Positions 20,302 to 31,634 are shown, numbered from the stretch's first letter. The stretch is 64,000 bases of DNA from Microcoleus sp. (GCA_042408215.1 JAYFMW010000030.1:160001-224000); one strand, 5' to 3'. Numbers and translations: made by a program. Notes: generated from the sequence alone by a model not told the origin.

Positions 20302-20961
20302 ATGTCTAAATTTGATAAGCCTAAATTTGACAAGCCTAGATTGGTCAAACCTCAACTTGACGAGCGCCCAAATAAAAGCAAATCTTTACCTTCAATAGCA
20401 GAACTTCATCCCATTCAGCTTGATGAAACTATTGTAGCAGGAAGAAGACCGAAACCACTAAATCACATCCAGCGTCTGCTGTCGGAAATGCCGGATTTTG
20501 ACTCCCTCGAAGCAAGAATGCCGATCGCTGCTTCTGGAAGCGCACCATTTAATCTCAAACTATTTGAACGTAAACTTAGCCAAATTCTCAATCCAAACAC
20601 TCTTGATGTCGGCGTTAAAAACTTCCTAAAATATCTCGAATACTTGAAAGAAAATATGATCGTACCCTGCCAAGTTACGGGGAGAGAAGAGTTTCGCTGG
20701 GAACAGGAATATCTGAGTAGTCCCGGCAAAAAGAAAGAATATGAAACACTCAAAAAAACTCAACCTTCATCTACTGAAATATTCCAGATTGTGCGGCTGA
20801 GAGATTCTGTTTTTCAGCACGATGGGATCATGGTGGATGTGCAGCGCCTCACTGACAAACAAACATTCATCTTACCCCTGGTAGATTTAAAAGCAATTGA
20901 TGGCAGCTCCCCAAACAATCAATTATTAGAGGATTATACACTGTGGTTTATCAACTATTAA
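20302..20961 (+). CDS. Protein with C-terminal CcbP-like (calcium-binding) domain
   Basis: VTGREEFRWE...FILPLVDL...NNQLLEDYTLWF resembles this family as I recall it. Confidence 0.55.
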   Translation: MSKFDKPKFDKPRLVKPQLDERPNKSKSLPSIAELHPIQLDETIVAGRRPKPLNHIQRLLSEMPDFDSLEARMPIAASGSAPFNLKLFERKLSQILNPNTLDVGVKNFLKYLEYLKENMIVPCQVTGREEFRWEQEYLSSPGKKKEYETLKKTQPSSTEIFQIVRLRDSVFQHDGIMVDVQRLTDKQTFILPLVDLKAIDGSSPNNQLLEDYTLWFINY

Positions 20962-21065
20962 TCAAGTGTTAGGAATGGGTCTGGGGCCTGGGGCCTTGTC
21001 ATTAGTTATTAGTAGCCTACTACAAATAACTAATGACTCATCACTAATGACTAATGACTTCTTAT

Positions 21066-21821
21066 TTAAATAGACTTAGCAAAGTGCGATCGCTCGACCT
21101 TAGCCAAAGCTTCAACTAAACTGCGAACAGCGGCGATCATCGCCACTTCGCTATTCAGTTGACTGACGGCAGAACCGACACCAATACCCGCAGCACCGGC
21201 GCCAATAGCTAGGGGTGCTGTGACGTTGGAGATGCCAGAAGCGCAAAGTACGGGCACCTGTACGGCGCGGGAAATTTCAAAGGCAGCGGCTAAAGTAGGC
21301 GCTGCTTTTTCGATTAATCCCAGGGTGCCGGCGTGAACTGGTTGAGCACTTGTACCGCCTTCTGTTTGGATGATATCAGCGCCAGCTTTGACTAATTCTG
21401 TGGCTAATTGCACCTGTTTGTCGAGGGACAAAATGTGAGGAACAGTCACAGAAAGAGTAATATTGGGAAGTAGCGATCGAGTTTGGCGAGTCAACTCCAA
21501 AACTTCCTCAGCTTCAAAGCGGCGACCTGAAGCGTAGAAAGAGTCAAAATTACCAATTTCAATCAAATCAGCACCCGCCTCTACCGCAGAGACCAACTTT
21601 TCTGGTTCTACAGCAGATACACAAATTGGCAAATTTGTCAATTTTTTTGCCATAATTACCAAATCTCGATCGGCTGCAATATCGACAAAGGTAGCACCGC
21701 CGAGCTCCGCTGCTTTGACGACAGCCGCCACTTTGGCGGCATCAAAATTATTCAAACCGCTGATAATTTTCAGGGCGCGGCCTTGCTCAAATGCGCGCTG
21801 CAATTTAGAATCTACAGTCAT
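21066..21821 (-). CDS. DUF561/Ycf23 TIM-barrel protein
   Basis: LKIISGLNNFD, EIGNFD and IQTEGG motifs. Confidence 0.85.
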   Translation of the reverse strand: MTVDSKLQRAFEQGRALKIISGLNNFDAAKVAAVVKAAELGGATFVDIAADRDLVIMAKKLTNLPICVSAVEPEKLVSAVEAGADLIEIGNFDSFYASGRRFEAEEVLELTRQTRSLLPNITLSVTVPHILSLDKQVQLATELVKAGADIIQTEGGTSAQPVHAGTLGLIEKAAPTLAAAFEISRAVQVPVLCASGISNVTAPLAIGAGAAGIGVGSAVSQLNSEVAMIAAVRSLVEALAKVERSHFAKSI

Positions 21822-22084
21822 CGTTAGTTTTCCAACTTAGAAAATTTGTTAACACCATTTTGACACGAACCATAACACTTTTTGATTTACGATCGCACGG
21901 GTTAAAAAACCCAGTCCCTGTATAACACAGCAAAAATGCTCAAGCACAATTAGTATTCAGTGCGAACAGCAGAGTCGCGATCGCCCGTAGTAGTAATTTA
22001 ATGTTGAGCTGCGCTTTCCGATTGCGGTACACTCAGATCTTGCACTTACAACAGTTGCAGATCGATCGACGGAGATAAAAACTT

Positions 22085-22729
22085 TTGGGCATAGAGCTAC
22101 GCAGCTACGTCTTTCTAGACAACTTACAGCCACAGCACGCAGCATACATCGGCACAATCGCCGCCGGATTCTTACCCCTACCGGGGGATGCGTCGCTGTG
22201 GATCGAAATCTCGCCCGGTATCGAAATTAACCGAATTACCGATGTCGCCCTCAAATCCGCCTCCGTGCGCCCCGGAGTGCAGATAGTCGAACGCTTGTAC
22301 GGCCTTCTCGAAGTGCATTCGAGTCAGCAGGGGGAAACCCGAGCTGCGGGGAAAGCGATTCTAGAATTCATCGGAGTACGCAAAGAAGAATCTATCAAAC
22401 CGCGAGTTATTTCCAGCCAAATTATTCGCAACATCGACCCCCACCAAACGCAATTAATCAACCGAAGCCGCCGCGGACAGTTACTGCTGGCGGGACAAAC
22501 GCTTTACGTCTTAGAAGTAGAACCCGCCGCTTATGCAGCACTAGCGGCAAATGAAGCCGAAAAAGGCGCATCTATTAACATCCTAGAGGTTCAGGCCGTA
22601 GGCAGTTTTGGACGGCTTTACCTCGGCGGAGCAGAACGAGATATTATAGCAGGTTCCCAGGCCGCAATTGCAGCAATTGAAAGTGTGGCAGGGCGCGACA
22701 ATCCAGCAATTTTAGGGCGCAAGGAATAG
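22085..22729 (+). CDS. ccmP: Carboxysome shell protein CcmP (tandem BMC domain)
   Basis: [35 protein letters not shown] and [10 protein letters not shown] motifs. TTG start. Confidence 0.9.
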   Translation: MGIELRSYVFLDNLQPQHAAYIGTIAAGFLPLPGDASLWIEISPGIEINRITDVALKSASVRPGVQIVERLYGLLEVHSSQQGETRAAGKAILEFIGVRKEESIKPRVISSQIIRNIDPHQTQLINRSRRGQLLLAGQTLYVLEVEPAAYAALAANEAEKGASINILEVQAVGSFGRLYLGGAERDIIAGSQAAIAAIESVAGRDNPAILGRKE

Positions 22730-22749
22730 CCATTTAAGGAGATGCAATT

Positions 22750-23502
22750 ATGGCAAATAAACAGCATTTGGCGCTGCTGAAACGGGGTGCTGTCACATGG
22801 ATTGAATGGAGAAATCTTCACCCAAATATCGAACCAGATCTTAGCGAAGCTAACCTAGCCGAAGCTAATCTCAGAGGTGCGAATCTTGGGCGATCGAATC
22901 TTTGCAAAATCGACCTGTTCAAAGCTAAATTAATTGCCGCCAACCTCGCCGAAGCTAACCTGAGTCTGGCAAATCTGGCGGGGTCCCAACTGCTCGAAAC
23001 TAACTTGGTTAAAGCCAATTTAACAGGAACCAACCTCCGAGAAGCAGACCTCAGAAAAGCAGATTTGAGCGGTGCAAATTTAATTGGGGCAGACATGAGC
23101 GATGCAAATCTCCAACAGGCAGATTTAGGAGATGCTAATTTAATCGGTGCGGTATTATTTAGAGCTAAGTTGACCGGGGCCAACCTCAATGGAGCCAATC
23201 TCAGTCAAGCCAATCTCACTCAAGCGGAGTTGATAGAGGCTCATCTTTACGGTGCTAATTTCTCTAAAGCTAATCTCACAGAAGCTCACCTGAATGCAGC
23301 TTATCTTTTTAGAGCAAATCTCAGTTTTGCCCAGGCTCGCGGGGCCGATTTCCGGTGGACAAATCTCGGCAAAGCTGACTTGAGCGGGGCGAATTTGACG
23401 GGGGCAAATTTGAGGGGAGCAAATTTGGCGGGAGCTAATCTGAACGAAGCTAATTTGACAGGAGCAACGATGCCTGATGGCAGCATTTTTGCCTCATCAT
23501 AA
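22750..23502 (+). CDS. Pentapeptide repeat protein
   Basis: A(N/D)Lxx repeats; C-terminal TMPDG. Confidence 0.95.
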   Translation: MANKQHLALLKRGAVTWIEWRNLHPNIEPDLSEANLAEANLRGANLGRSNLCKIDLFKAKLIAANLAEANLSLANLAGSQLLETNLVKANLTGTNLREADLRKADLSGANLIGADMSDANLQQADLGDANLIGAVLFRAKLTGANLNGANLSQANLTQAELIEAHLYGANFSKANLTEAHLNAAYLFRANLSFAQARGADFRWTNLGKADLSGANLTGANLRGANLAGANLNEANLTGATMPDGSIFASS

Positions 23503-23512
23503 GTTTGCAGTA

Positions 23513-23617
23513 CAGGACTTACACAGCTATTGTGTCTGTCATTCTGAGTGAAACGAAGCATCTCGCGAGATGCTTCGCAACGCTTGCGAATGACATATAG
23601 GCTTTGCGTAAGTCCTA
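23513..23617. repeat. CAGGACTTAC(G/A)CA...TGCGTAAGTCCT palindromic element with nested TGTCATTC...GAATGACA hairpin
   Basis: Terminal inverted repeats seen directly. Related ends at ~11612, ~30140 and ~37411. Confidence 0.7.
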
Positions 23618-23668
23618 ATTTAATTAGAGCGCTACTTACCTGGCAATTAATTTGGGCCAGCCGGCGAC

Positions 23669-24172
23669 TTAATAAAGTCCTCTAACTGGGCCCGGAGCAG
23701 TCTGTTGTTGTTGCTCTTGCTCTTGCTCTGGCTGTTGCTCTCTGACTCCCGCTGGAGTTGGGAAACAGCCGCTAGGTTGAGGTGCTAGCTGACAAGCGCT
23801 CGGCATTGCCATTACTGATGAATCGAAGGGATTTGTAGCATCCGGGCTGCGGAGAATTGGATCGCTGGAAACTTGCCGCTGCATGATTTTTCGGTAGAGG
23901 CCATCGAGGCGGCTGGCATCCCGCTCGATTTCTTTGTCGGGAAAGGCAACTACGCCGCTGGGGGAACCGATGCCTAAATAGTCGCCAAAGTAACCCTGCA
24001 AGCTGACGTTGTAGTAAAAGTCTCCAGACGCCTCAAAGAATTGTCGGTTGAAATCGTCGGCAATTGGGTGAAATCTAACTGTTTCTGCTTGAGCTGGTTT
24101 GACGGATGCCAAGGTGGCAGAAGCGACTGCAAGAATCAACATACCACTCAGGCTTTTTAACTTCTGACCCAT
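23669..24172 (-). CDS. Hypothetical secreted protein
   Basis: Signal peptide ending AQA-E; DPILRSPDATNPF motif; C-terminal PVRGLY. Confidence 0.7.
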   Translation of the reverse strand: MGQKLKSLSGMLILAVASATLASVKPAQAETVRFHPIADDFNRQFFEASGDFYYNVSLQGYFGDYLGIGSPSGVVAFPDKEIERDASRLDGLYRKIMQRQVSSDPILRSPDATNPFDSSVMAMPSACQLAPQPSGCFPTPAGVREQQPEQEQEQQQQTAPGPVRGLY

Positions 24173-24256
24173 GATATTTAAGCCTCTAAATTAATTCCGC
24201 TTCCAATATAGACTGATTATCGGCGGATTATTTTTGTTTTTGACATACTGCAAGCT

Positions 24257-24832
24257 ATGGATACTGCTGATTTAACGGTGTTGCGCGATCGACTTTTGGA
24301 TTTGTTGTGCGAATTTGCCTATCGCGAGGGAGATTTTGTGCTGTCTTCGGGGCAGAAAAGTTCCTATTACATTAACTGCAAACCTGTGACGCTGCATCCA
24401 GAAGGTGCTTTGGCGACGGGGAGGTTGCTGTTTTCGATGCTGTCAGCAGACGTGCAAGCTGTGGCGGGTTTGACTTTGGGTGCTGACCCAATTGTAACGG
24501 CGGTCAGCGTAGTTTCGGCTTTGGGCGATCGCCCGATACCAGCCCTGATTGTCAGAAAAGAAGCCAAAGGACACGGGACAATGGCATATATTGAGGGCCC
24601 AACACTGCCAGAGGGCGCGACTGTCGTGGTTTTGGAAGATGTGGTGACGACGGGTAAGTCGGCGATGCAGGCGGTGGAAAGACTGCGGGGTGCTGGTTAT
24701 AAAGTCGATCGAATTTTGGCGCTAATTGACAGAGAGCAAGGTGGGGCCGAGTTTTATCGCTCTGTTGGGTTAGATTTTGAGGCCGTGTTTACAATTAAGG
24801 ATATTCAGGAGTGGATGGCTAGCAAGAAATAG
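24257..24832 (+). CDS. pyrE: Orotate phosphoribosyltransferase
   Basis: FVLSSG, RKEAKGHG and VVLEDVVTTG motifs. Confidence 0.95.
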   Translation: MDTADLTVLRDRLLDLLCEFAYREGDFVLSSGQKSSYYINCKPVTLHPEGALATGRLLFSMLSADVQAVAGLTLGADPIVTAVSVVSALGDRPIPALIVRKEAKGHGTMAYIEGPTLPEGATVVVLEDVVTTGKSAMQAVERLRGAGYKVDRILALIDREQGGAEFYRSVGLDFEAVFTIKDIQEWMASKK

Positions 24833-25013
24833 GGGTTTGTAGTCAGGATTTCAGTGATGGAGTAAGATTAAATGAACCGCGAAGGCGCAAAGAACACGAA
24901 GGAAGAGAAAGAAGAAGATGCTGTTCTTCCTTCGCGCTCTTTGTGTCTTCGCGGTTTAATCATTCCGATGCTACCGGATTTGGTATAAAATATCAGTTTT
25001 CACCGCCCACTTA

Positions 25014-26331
25014 ATGGCTATGAAAAAAATCCGTTTTATTGACTTATTCTCAGGAATAGGCGGCCTGAGACTAGGATTTGAAGAAGCCGCTCGCGCCTTA
25101 AATATTGAAACAGAATGCGTCTTAAGCAGCGAAATTAATACCGACGCTCAATTAGTTTACCATAAAAATTTTGGCGACACACCTTTAGGCGACATCCGAC
25201 TAATTGACCAACTCCCAGAACATCAAATTTTACTAGCCGGATTTCCTTGTCAGTCTTTCTCCTATGCTGGTAAAAAAGCTGGCTTTGGAGACACCAGAGG
25301 CACGCTATTTTTTGAGATTGTGCGGCTGATTGATACTTTTAAACCTCAAGCATTTATTTTTGAGAATGTGCGGGGACTTGTCTCCCACGACTGCGGACAA
25401 ACCCTAGAAACTATAAAAGGCGAAATGACCAGCCGAGGTTATAGCTTCGATTATTTTGTACTCAACAGCTCTAACTTTAGTTTACCTCAGAACCGCGTCC
25501 GAGTTTACTTAGTCGGAGTTTTAAATGCGGCGCCACAATTTCGGTTAATTTCAGACTTAGGGCCAAAAGATTCCCATGCTTCTAACCATCAACAACTATC
25601 CTTATTTTATCCCTTAAGTAAACCTGTCACAGTTGCAGATATTTTAGAAGATAATCCAGATTCAAAATATGATTGTTCGCCAGCTTTTGTCAAGGCTTTG
25701 CAACAAATCGTTAACAATGATCTAAATCGCTTGCACGGAATGCGGCTAATAGACTATCGCGGCGGCAATTCGATTCATTCTTGGGAATTGGGTTTGCGGG
25801 GCGAGTGCAGTTTAGCAGAAATTGAATTGATGAATCTTTTTATCTTGAAAAGGCGCAATCAAGAATTTGGACATCACCAAGATGGGAAGCTTTTAACTAA
25901 AGAGCAAATAGCTATTTTTTTGCAAGCATTCGCAGCTTGATGAAATTCTGGATTCGCTGGTTAGAAAAAAGTACCTACAGCGGAATAATGAGCTTTACAA
26001 ACCTGTCTCTGGCAACTTTTCTTTTGAAGTGTACAAGTTCCTAGATCCGCACAAGATATCGATCGCTGTTGTTGCTAGCGATGCGAATAGATTAGGAGTT
26101 TATCATCATCACCGAGTTCGCAGGATTACTCCCCGCGAAGCTGCAAGGTTGCAGGGTTTTCCAGATAGTTTTGTTTTGGACGATCGCGACGATCGAGCTT
26201 ATCATCAATTGGGCAACAGTGTGAGTGTAAATGTTGTCAAAGCTGTTGCTTTAGAAGTGATAGCCGAAGGAAGTTCGGCAACGGATTCTGTAACGGATTT
26301 AACGGATGTAACGGAGGTCAATCGATTTTAG
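25014..26331 (+). pseudogene. DNA (cytosine-5)-methyltransferase, likely CGATCG-specific (M.Ssp6803I-like), split by a +1 frameshift in a T7 run (25915-25921), possibly a sequencing error
   Basis: FSGIGG, AGFPCQ, ENV and QNRVRV in the first ORF; RLQGFP and LGNSV in the second. Removing one T gives continuous ...QIAIFCKHSQLDEILDSLVRKKYL...EVYKFLDP. Confidence 0.75.
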
Positions 26332-26583
26332 ATTTTAGATTTTAGATTTTAGATTTACCCCACGTATAAATGCGGGGGCTTGAGGATTTTAGATTTGGGA
26401 TTTTGGATTGATTCCACGGATAAATCCGGGGGCTTGTACCACCTTTGAAATTATTGGTCAGGAAGAAGGACACGGCAGTGCCGTTTCTCTACAATTAATC
26501 TGGCGATGGTTACATTTTTTATCATCGAGGGCTATCGATTATTTTGGGGTAGGGAAACGGCATTGCCGTGTCCAGAGTTGCTG

Positions 26584-26796
26584 CTAGCCTCCTCCCACAA
26601 TTGTCACAATTTCCAAGCGATCGCCCTCTTGCATTTGTGTATTTTCCCAAAATTGTTTGTGCAGAATTTCCCCGTTATATTCCACAGCCACCAATCGCGG
26701 GTTTAAACCTAACTGTTCTAGCAATCTGGGGAGTGGCGTTTCCGGGGGACAATCGCGAGTTTCTCCGTTGACTTGCAGGGTAATTTGATGAGACAT
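26584..26796 (-). CDS. thiS: Sulfur carrier protein ThiS
   Basis: VAVEYNGEIL; C-terminal IVGGG. Confidence 0.95.
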   Translation of the reverse strand: MSHQITLQVNGETRDCPPETPLPRLLEQLGLNPRLVAVEYNGEILHKQFWENTQMQEGDRLEIVTIVGGG

Positions 26797-26849
26797 TTGT
26801 GATTAGTTATTGGTTCTTAGTTATGAGTTATTAGTCATTAGTCATTAGT

Positions 26850-27210
26850 TACAGCAGATTGCAGGTTTATGAAGTACACCGCGAATCGATCAATCCCCGT
26901 AGGGACACTCAAGCGTGCCCATTGGTGTCAACTTAAGCCTGAAAGCCTTGAGAAATCTCGTTTTTAGCTGAGTCTAGATCCCCCTAAATCCCCCTTAAGA
27001 AGGGGGACTTAAAGAGGCTTCCTGTCCCACACCCCCTACTCCCCTACTCCCCTTCTTAAGGGGAGTAGGGGTTGAGTAGGGGGCAAGAATGCGGGGGTAT
27101 CTAGGCTTAATGGTCAAACAGCAATCTGTGACTGGGTTTAACGTTAAGTTGACACCAATGGGCACGCTTGAGTGTCCCTACTGCACTTCATAAACCTGGG
27201 ATACGCTGTA
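26850..27210. repeat. Nested palindromic MITE/REP composite
   Basis: Outer TACAGC/GCTGTA, GTAGGGACAC/GTGTCCCTAC, inner CCCATTGGTGTCAACTTAA/TTAAGTTGACACCAATGGG. Similar copy at 51129-51455. Confidence 0.8.
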
Positions 27211-27295
27211 TTAGTTTTCGGGGCGGGTTTTGGACAAGAATTATTGTTTATCTGCACATTTACTGCGCTAAACCCGCCATGAACCACAACTCAAA

Positions 27296-28381
27296 CTACC
27301 TTTTTACTGGCAGAATATTATGAGCTTTTAGCTTCTCCATCCTCAGCAACTGCGAGATGAAAAACTGCGTCACTAAAGTAGGTTGATCCGCTTCCATAAT
27401 GGCGCGCACTACTGCTACTCTTTGCGCTCCGGCATTCAATACTTCGTCGAGGTTGTTGATATCAATTCCGCCGATCGCAAACCAAGGAATCGGTGACTTA
27501 GTTGCCGCATACCGCACGTAATCGAAACCCGCAGCCTGCTTATCAGGTTTAGTAGGAGTGGGGTAAACCGGCCCTACTCCAATATAGTCGGCCCCCTCCT
27601 CAACGGCTCGCTGCATTTCCTGGGCATTCGTCGTAGAACGTCCGATAATCCGTCCCGGACCGAGCAACCTGCGGGCCTCAACTACCGGCAAATCTTGCTG
27701 TCCTAAGTGTACGCCGTCGGCATTCGCTGCGATCGCCAAATCCACGCGATCGTTCACAATCAGCAAAGCATCGTAGCGATGGCAGATTTCGCACAGCCGA
27801 CGCACTACCGCCAGCTTCACCCCGTCGTCATCGGCGGTTTTTTCGCGATACTGCACCAAAGTCACTCCTCCTTGTAAAGCAGCTTCCACGACTCCCAACA
27901 AGTTGTCTCTGGCGGAAGTTACCAGGTATAACTGCGATCGCCATAACTGCTGGTAGCGCTGATAAGCCAGCAAATCGCTTTCGAGAGTATAAACCCGATA
28001 GCGCATCTGCTTAAAAGCCTTGCCCATATTCGGATCGTAAATTTTGCCGTACTCTTCGAGTACCCGTAGAGCTTCTTCCACCCGACAGAAATTCGCCTCC
28101 AGTAGCTGCTGAATGCTAGAACGTTGCTCTTCCTGGGGGTGACTCAGTTGCGTACCCGGGTCTTCCGGTGTATCCCTAGCACTTCGGAATTCTGCTGCGT
28201 GCCAAAAAGCCAATTCCTGGCGCAGTTGCTTGCACTCGCCAGCTAAATCGGCACTGTTGAGACCAAACCTGCACCATTCTTCAATAATTCTCAACCCTTC
28301 GCGCGCGCGATCGAGATTTGCATCTAAAATCCGGCAGAGGGCTGGCTGTGCCGGTAAAGTTCTGTTTTGTTTATCTGTCAT
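27296..28381 (-). CDS. thiE: Thiamine-phosphate synthase with N-terminal ThiD2 domain
   Basis: RILDANLDRAREGLR, QYREK, NDRVD, GVHLGQ, PTPTKP and FAIGGI motifs. Confidence 0.95.
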   Translation of the reverse strand: MTDKQNRTLPAQPALCRILDANLDRAREGLRIIEEWCRFGLNSADLAGECKQLRQELAFWHAAEFRSARDTPEDPGTQLSHPQEEQRSSIQQLLEANFCRVEEALRVLEEYGKIYDPNMGKAFKQMRYRVYTLESDLLAYQRYQQLWRSQLYLVTSARDNLLGVVEAALQGGVTLVQYREKTADDDGVKLAVVRRLCEICHRYDALLIVNDRVDLAIAANADGVHLGQQDLPVVEARRLLGPGRIIGRSTTNAQEMQRAVEEGADYIGVGPVYPTPTKPDKQAAGFDYVRYAATKSPIPWFAIGGIDINNLDEVLNAGAQRVAVVRAIMEADQPTLVTQFFISQLLRMEKLKAHNILPVKR

Positions 28382-28396
28382 AAGAAGCACCTTTAT

Positions 28397-29941
28397 AAGA
28401 AATACCCTGAAAACCCTGTGACTTTAGTCCAGGGATGAAAGGGCGTGGCAGGATTTATCCTGCCTGTTCGTAAGTTTCAATATAACATAATGTTTAACCG
28501 TCCCCGGACAAATTCTTCTAGCAATTGAGACCAAGGTAAAGATTTGTTTAGGATTAATTAACTTGTTAATTCACGATATATACTAAACCTAGTGTCACAA
28601 TAGCCAGTAAGTTAAATGTACGCAGTACAAAAAGATGTTTGGCATTTAAAAGGACTCGACAAAACCATTGTCGAACAACTCTTGAGATGGTCAAATAATC
28701 TGTTTAATGTCGGAACTTACGAAAGTCGGCAACAATACTTTAAAAACCAAAGCGTAGTTAAATATCCAGATTTATATAAAATAGCCAAGACCAACGAAAA
28801 TTACGGGTTGCTATACTCTCAAGTTGCCCAACAATCTCTTAAATCTGTCGCAGAATCTTTTACTTCTTTCCGAGCCTTAGAGAAGTTGGCAAACAAAGGA
28901 GCAATTAATCAAAAACCGAGACTACCAAGGTACAGAACCAAAGGGGGAATGTACCCCGTTTCCTATCCCGGTCAAGCCTTAAAGGTAATTGGAAATAAAA
29001 TCAGATTACCCCTGGGGAAAAAAGGAAAAGAATACTTTGGGAAAGATGCGATTTGGGTGCCGCTACCTGAACGTATCAAGAATTGCCAGATCAAAGAACT
29101 CAGGTTAATCCCTAGAAATGGTGCGGTATGGGTCGAATATGTCCACGAATCCCTGACTGAACAAGCCCCTAGTTGCAGCTTGGAAGTGACAGGGGTTCTG
29201 GGCATCGATCACGGCATCAATAACTGGTTAACTTGTGTCTCTAGCGGTAAACCTTTCATCATTGATGGACGTAGACTCAAGTCTTGGAACCAATGGTTTA
29301 ACAAAGAAAAAGCGAGAGTTCAATCAGAACACGCAATACATAAATTACCCAAAGGTTTCTCGTCAAAAAGATTGCAGCAGTTGTCGGAAATTCGCACTAG
29401 AAGGATGAGAGATGCTGTCAACAAAGCAGTTAGAAGTATTATAGATTATTGCGAAGATCACCAAATCAATGTCTTAGTCTTTGGCTGGAACAAGGCACAG
29501 AAGCAAGAGGTTAATATGGGGGTCGTGACTAATCAGAATTTTGTCCAAATACCCACTGCTAAAGTCAAAGATAGACTCCAACAAGAATGCGACTTAAGGG
29601 GATGGCGATTTGTAGAACAAGATGAATCTTACACCTCAAAATCAAGTTTTTTAGACCGAGACATTTTGCCAGTAAAAGTCTGTGAAAAACCTGACAATTG
29701 GCAACCATCGGGTAAAAGAATCAAAAGAGGATTGTACTGTTCTAGCGCTGGGTTGTTAATCAATGCAGATGTTAACGGTGCAGCTAATATCATTAGAAAG
29801 TCAAAAGTAGCCATAGACTCAATTCTTGAGCGAGTGGGTAGGGGGTTTCTGACTAACCCTTTGAGAATTAAGCTTTGGGCGGATTCATCCCCCAAAGTTT
29901 GTCCTTAAGAATCCCCGTGTCTTTAGACCGGGGAGTGTCAA
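28397..29941 (+). mobile_element. IS200/IS605-family (IS1341-type, tnpB-only) element
   Basis: Left hairpin CCCTGTGACTTTAGTCCAGGG, right end GAAT-CCCCGTGTCTTTAGACCGGGG-AGTGTCAA; preceded by TTAT. Confidence 0.8.
28616..29908 (+). CDS. tnpB: RNA-guided endonuclease TnpB
   Basis: YSQVAQQ, GIDHG, QNFVQIP, ESYTSKSSFLD and NADVNGAANI motifs. Confidence 0.92.
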   Translation: MYAVQKDVWHLKGLDKTIVEQLLRWSNNLFNVGTYESRQQYFKNQSVVKYPDLYKIAKTNENYGLLYSQVAQQSLKSVAESFTSFRALEKLANKGAINQKPRLPRYRTKGGMYPVSYPGQALKVIGNKIRLPLGKKGKEYFGKDAIWVPLPERIKNCQIKELRLIPRNGAVWVEYVHESLTEQAPSCSLEVTGVLGIDHGINNWLTCVSSGKPFIIDGRRLKSWNQWFNKEKARVQSEHAIHKLPKGFSSKRLQQLSEIRTRRMRDAVNKAVRSIIDYCEDHQINVLVFGWNKAQKQEVNMGVVTNQNFVQIPTAKVKDRLQQECDLRGWRFVEQDESYTSKSSFLDRDILPVKVCEKPDNWQPSGKRIKRGLYCSSAGLLINADVNGAANIIRKSKVAIDSILERVGRGFLTNPLRIKLWADSSPKVCP

Positions 29942-30256
29942 AATTAATCCTAGCTTTCACCCCTACATTCTCCCACGCTGTCTAGATGCTAGTAAAGTGC
30001 GATCGACCTTGAACCAATTTAATTGAGATAGTCCTGGACGCAAAAACCCGGTTTCTGACAAAAATCTTCGCTTTTTTGGAGAAATGTTGACACAGGGTTT
30101 CCGCGAGAGCTCAACCACCGGGGGTTTTTGGCCCCCGTGCGTAAGTCCTGTGAGATTAACGAAGAAACGGAGTCAATGCGGGGAATCGGAATTTTCGCGG
30201 ATTCCCCACTACGCCAGATCCGCCCAAAATTTACAGTGTTGGACGGGTGGCAGAAT

Positions 30257-31634
30257 TTAATCTTGACAACAATTCTTGACATATTCCCGAAAAACAGAAG
30301 ACAATTTAAACAAGATTTTATCCTCTTTTATCTTCCTTACTAAATACCTTTGTTGTAAAGATTGTAAACCATTAATTAAATCCATTGATGATAAATCTAA
30401 ACTCTGTCTTAAATATTCTCTGGATACAGGCAGATCGAACTTACTTAATTCTAAAACAAGTTGCTGTTCTCTAGGTGATATTCTGTTAAATAACTGGTGA
30501 AAATTATATTGCATATCCTTGGTAATAATCAAGCTCTTATCGGCTAAGAACTCAGCAACATCCCCATCAAAAATCTTTTTAATTGAAATAGCAATACTTT
30601 TTAAATAAACTGGATTACCCTCATATAAATTAATTAACTTTAACCAACTATCCTCATCTTTCAATCCTGTACCTTTCAGAATTGCCACATCATCTAAACC
30701 TGACAACTCTAAACATTTGATCGGATATAATTCCTCATCTAAACACTCCATTTCCGCACATTGCTCTTGACTAATTAAAATCACATTACTTTGATGCTCA
30801 GTTCCTGTAATCATGGTAAAAAAGTTTTGGTAATCTTGATATTCAGATTTATATTGTCCAGCAAATTGAGCCGGTAGCAAAGATATTATGAACATCATCA
30901 AGAATAATCAAACATTTTTTGTCTCTCAAAACATCTAATAATTGTTTTAACTTATCATCTATAGTTTCTTTAGCTTCTTGTTTACAAGCATTCAATAAAT
31001 CATTAACCAATAACTCTAAAGGTTTAGGAAATTTTAGGCTTCTCCAGATAATTACTTCAAATTCTTGTAGATTGAGATCGACAAACCTTTTCACTAGAGT
31101 AGTTTTACCAATTCCACTCAATCCCAATACTGAGGTTAAACGAGTATTTTGATTTAAGATCCAATTAGAAATAGTTTTAAGTTGAGATTCTCTTGCGTAA
31201 AAATTGATGATTTGAGGAGCTATGGTTAAATCGTGATAATGTGATGTAGATTGAGTATTTATATCACTTTGCTTGAGCTTATTTATTGGGCTGAGTTGAT
31301 TTGATATTTGTGTAGGACAAAAATTATTATTACTGCCATTTATATGGTAAATATTATTGGAATTGTCAGATGATTCAATATATACTCTTTCTAAGCTAGA
31401 ACGAAAATTAGTTTTTTTTATATCCTCACCCAATATTTCAGATAAAAGTTGCCATAATTCAGCACCTACATCACCTACATGATTTTTAGTGACATAGCAC
31501 TTCTGGGCGATATCATCATAGGTTTGTCTTTCCCAAGTCCCCTCAACTACAGCCCTTTGAACATCATCTAGGTGCTTTCCAGTTCGTTCAACCACTAGGC
31601 GATCGACAAATTGTAACAGTTGGTTTACATTCAT
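30257..31634 (-). pseudogene. N-terminal HTH plus NB-ARC/STAND ATPase regulator with a single +1 frameshift near 30870 (possibly a sequencing error)
   Basis: N-terminal TGKHLDDVQ..TY..IA HTH, Walker A GLSGIGKTT, Walker B LIILDD, YEGNP. Removing one base gives ...IFATGQFAGQYKSEY. Confidence 0.75.
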
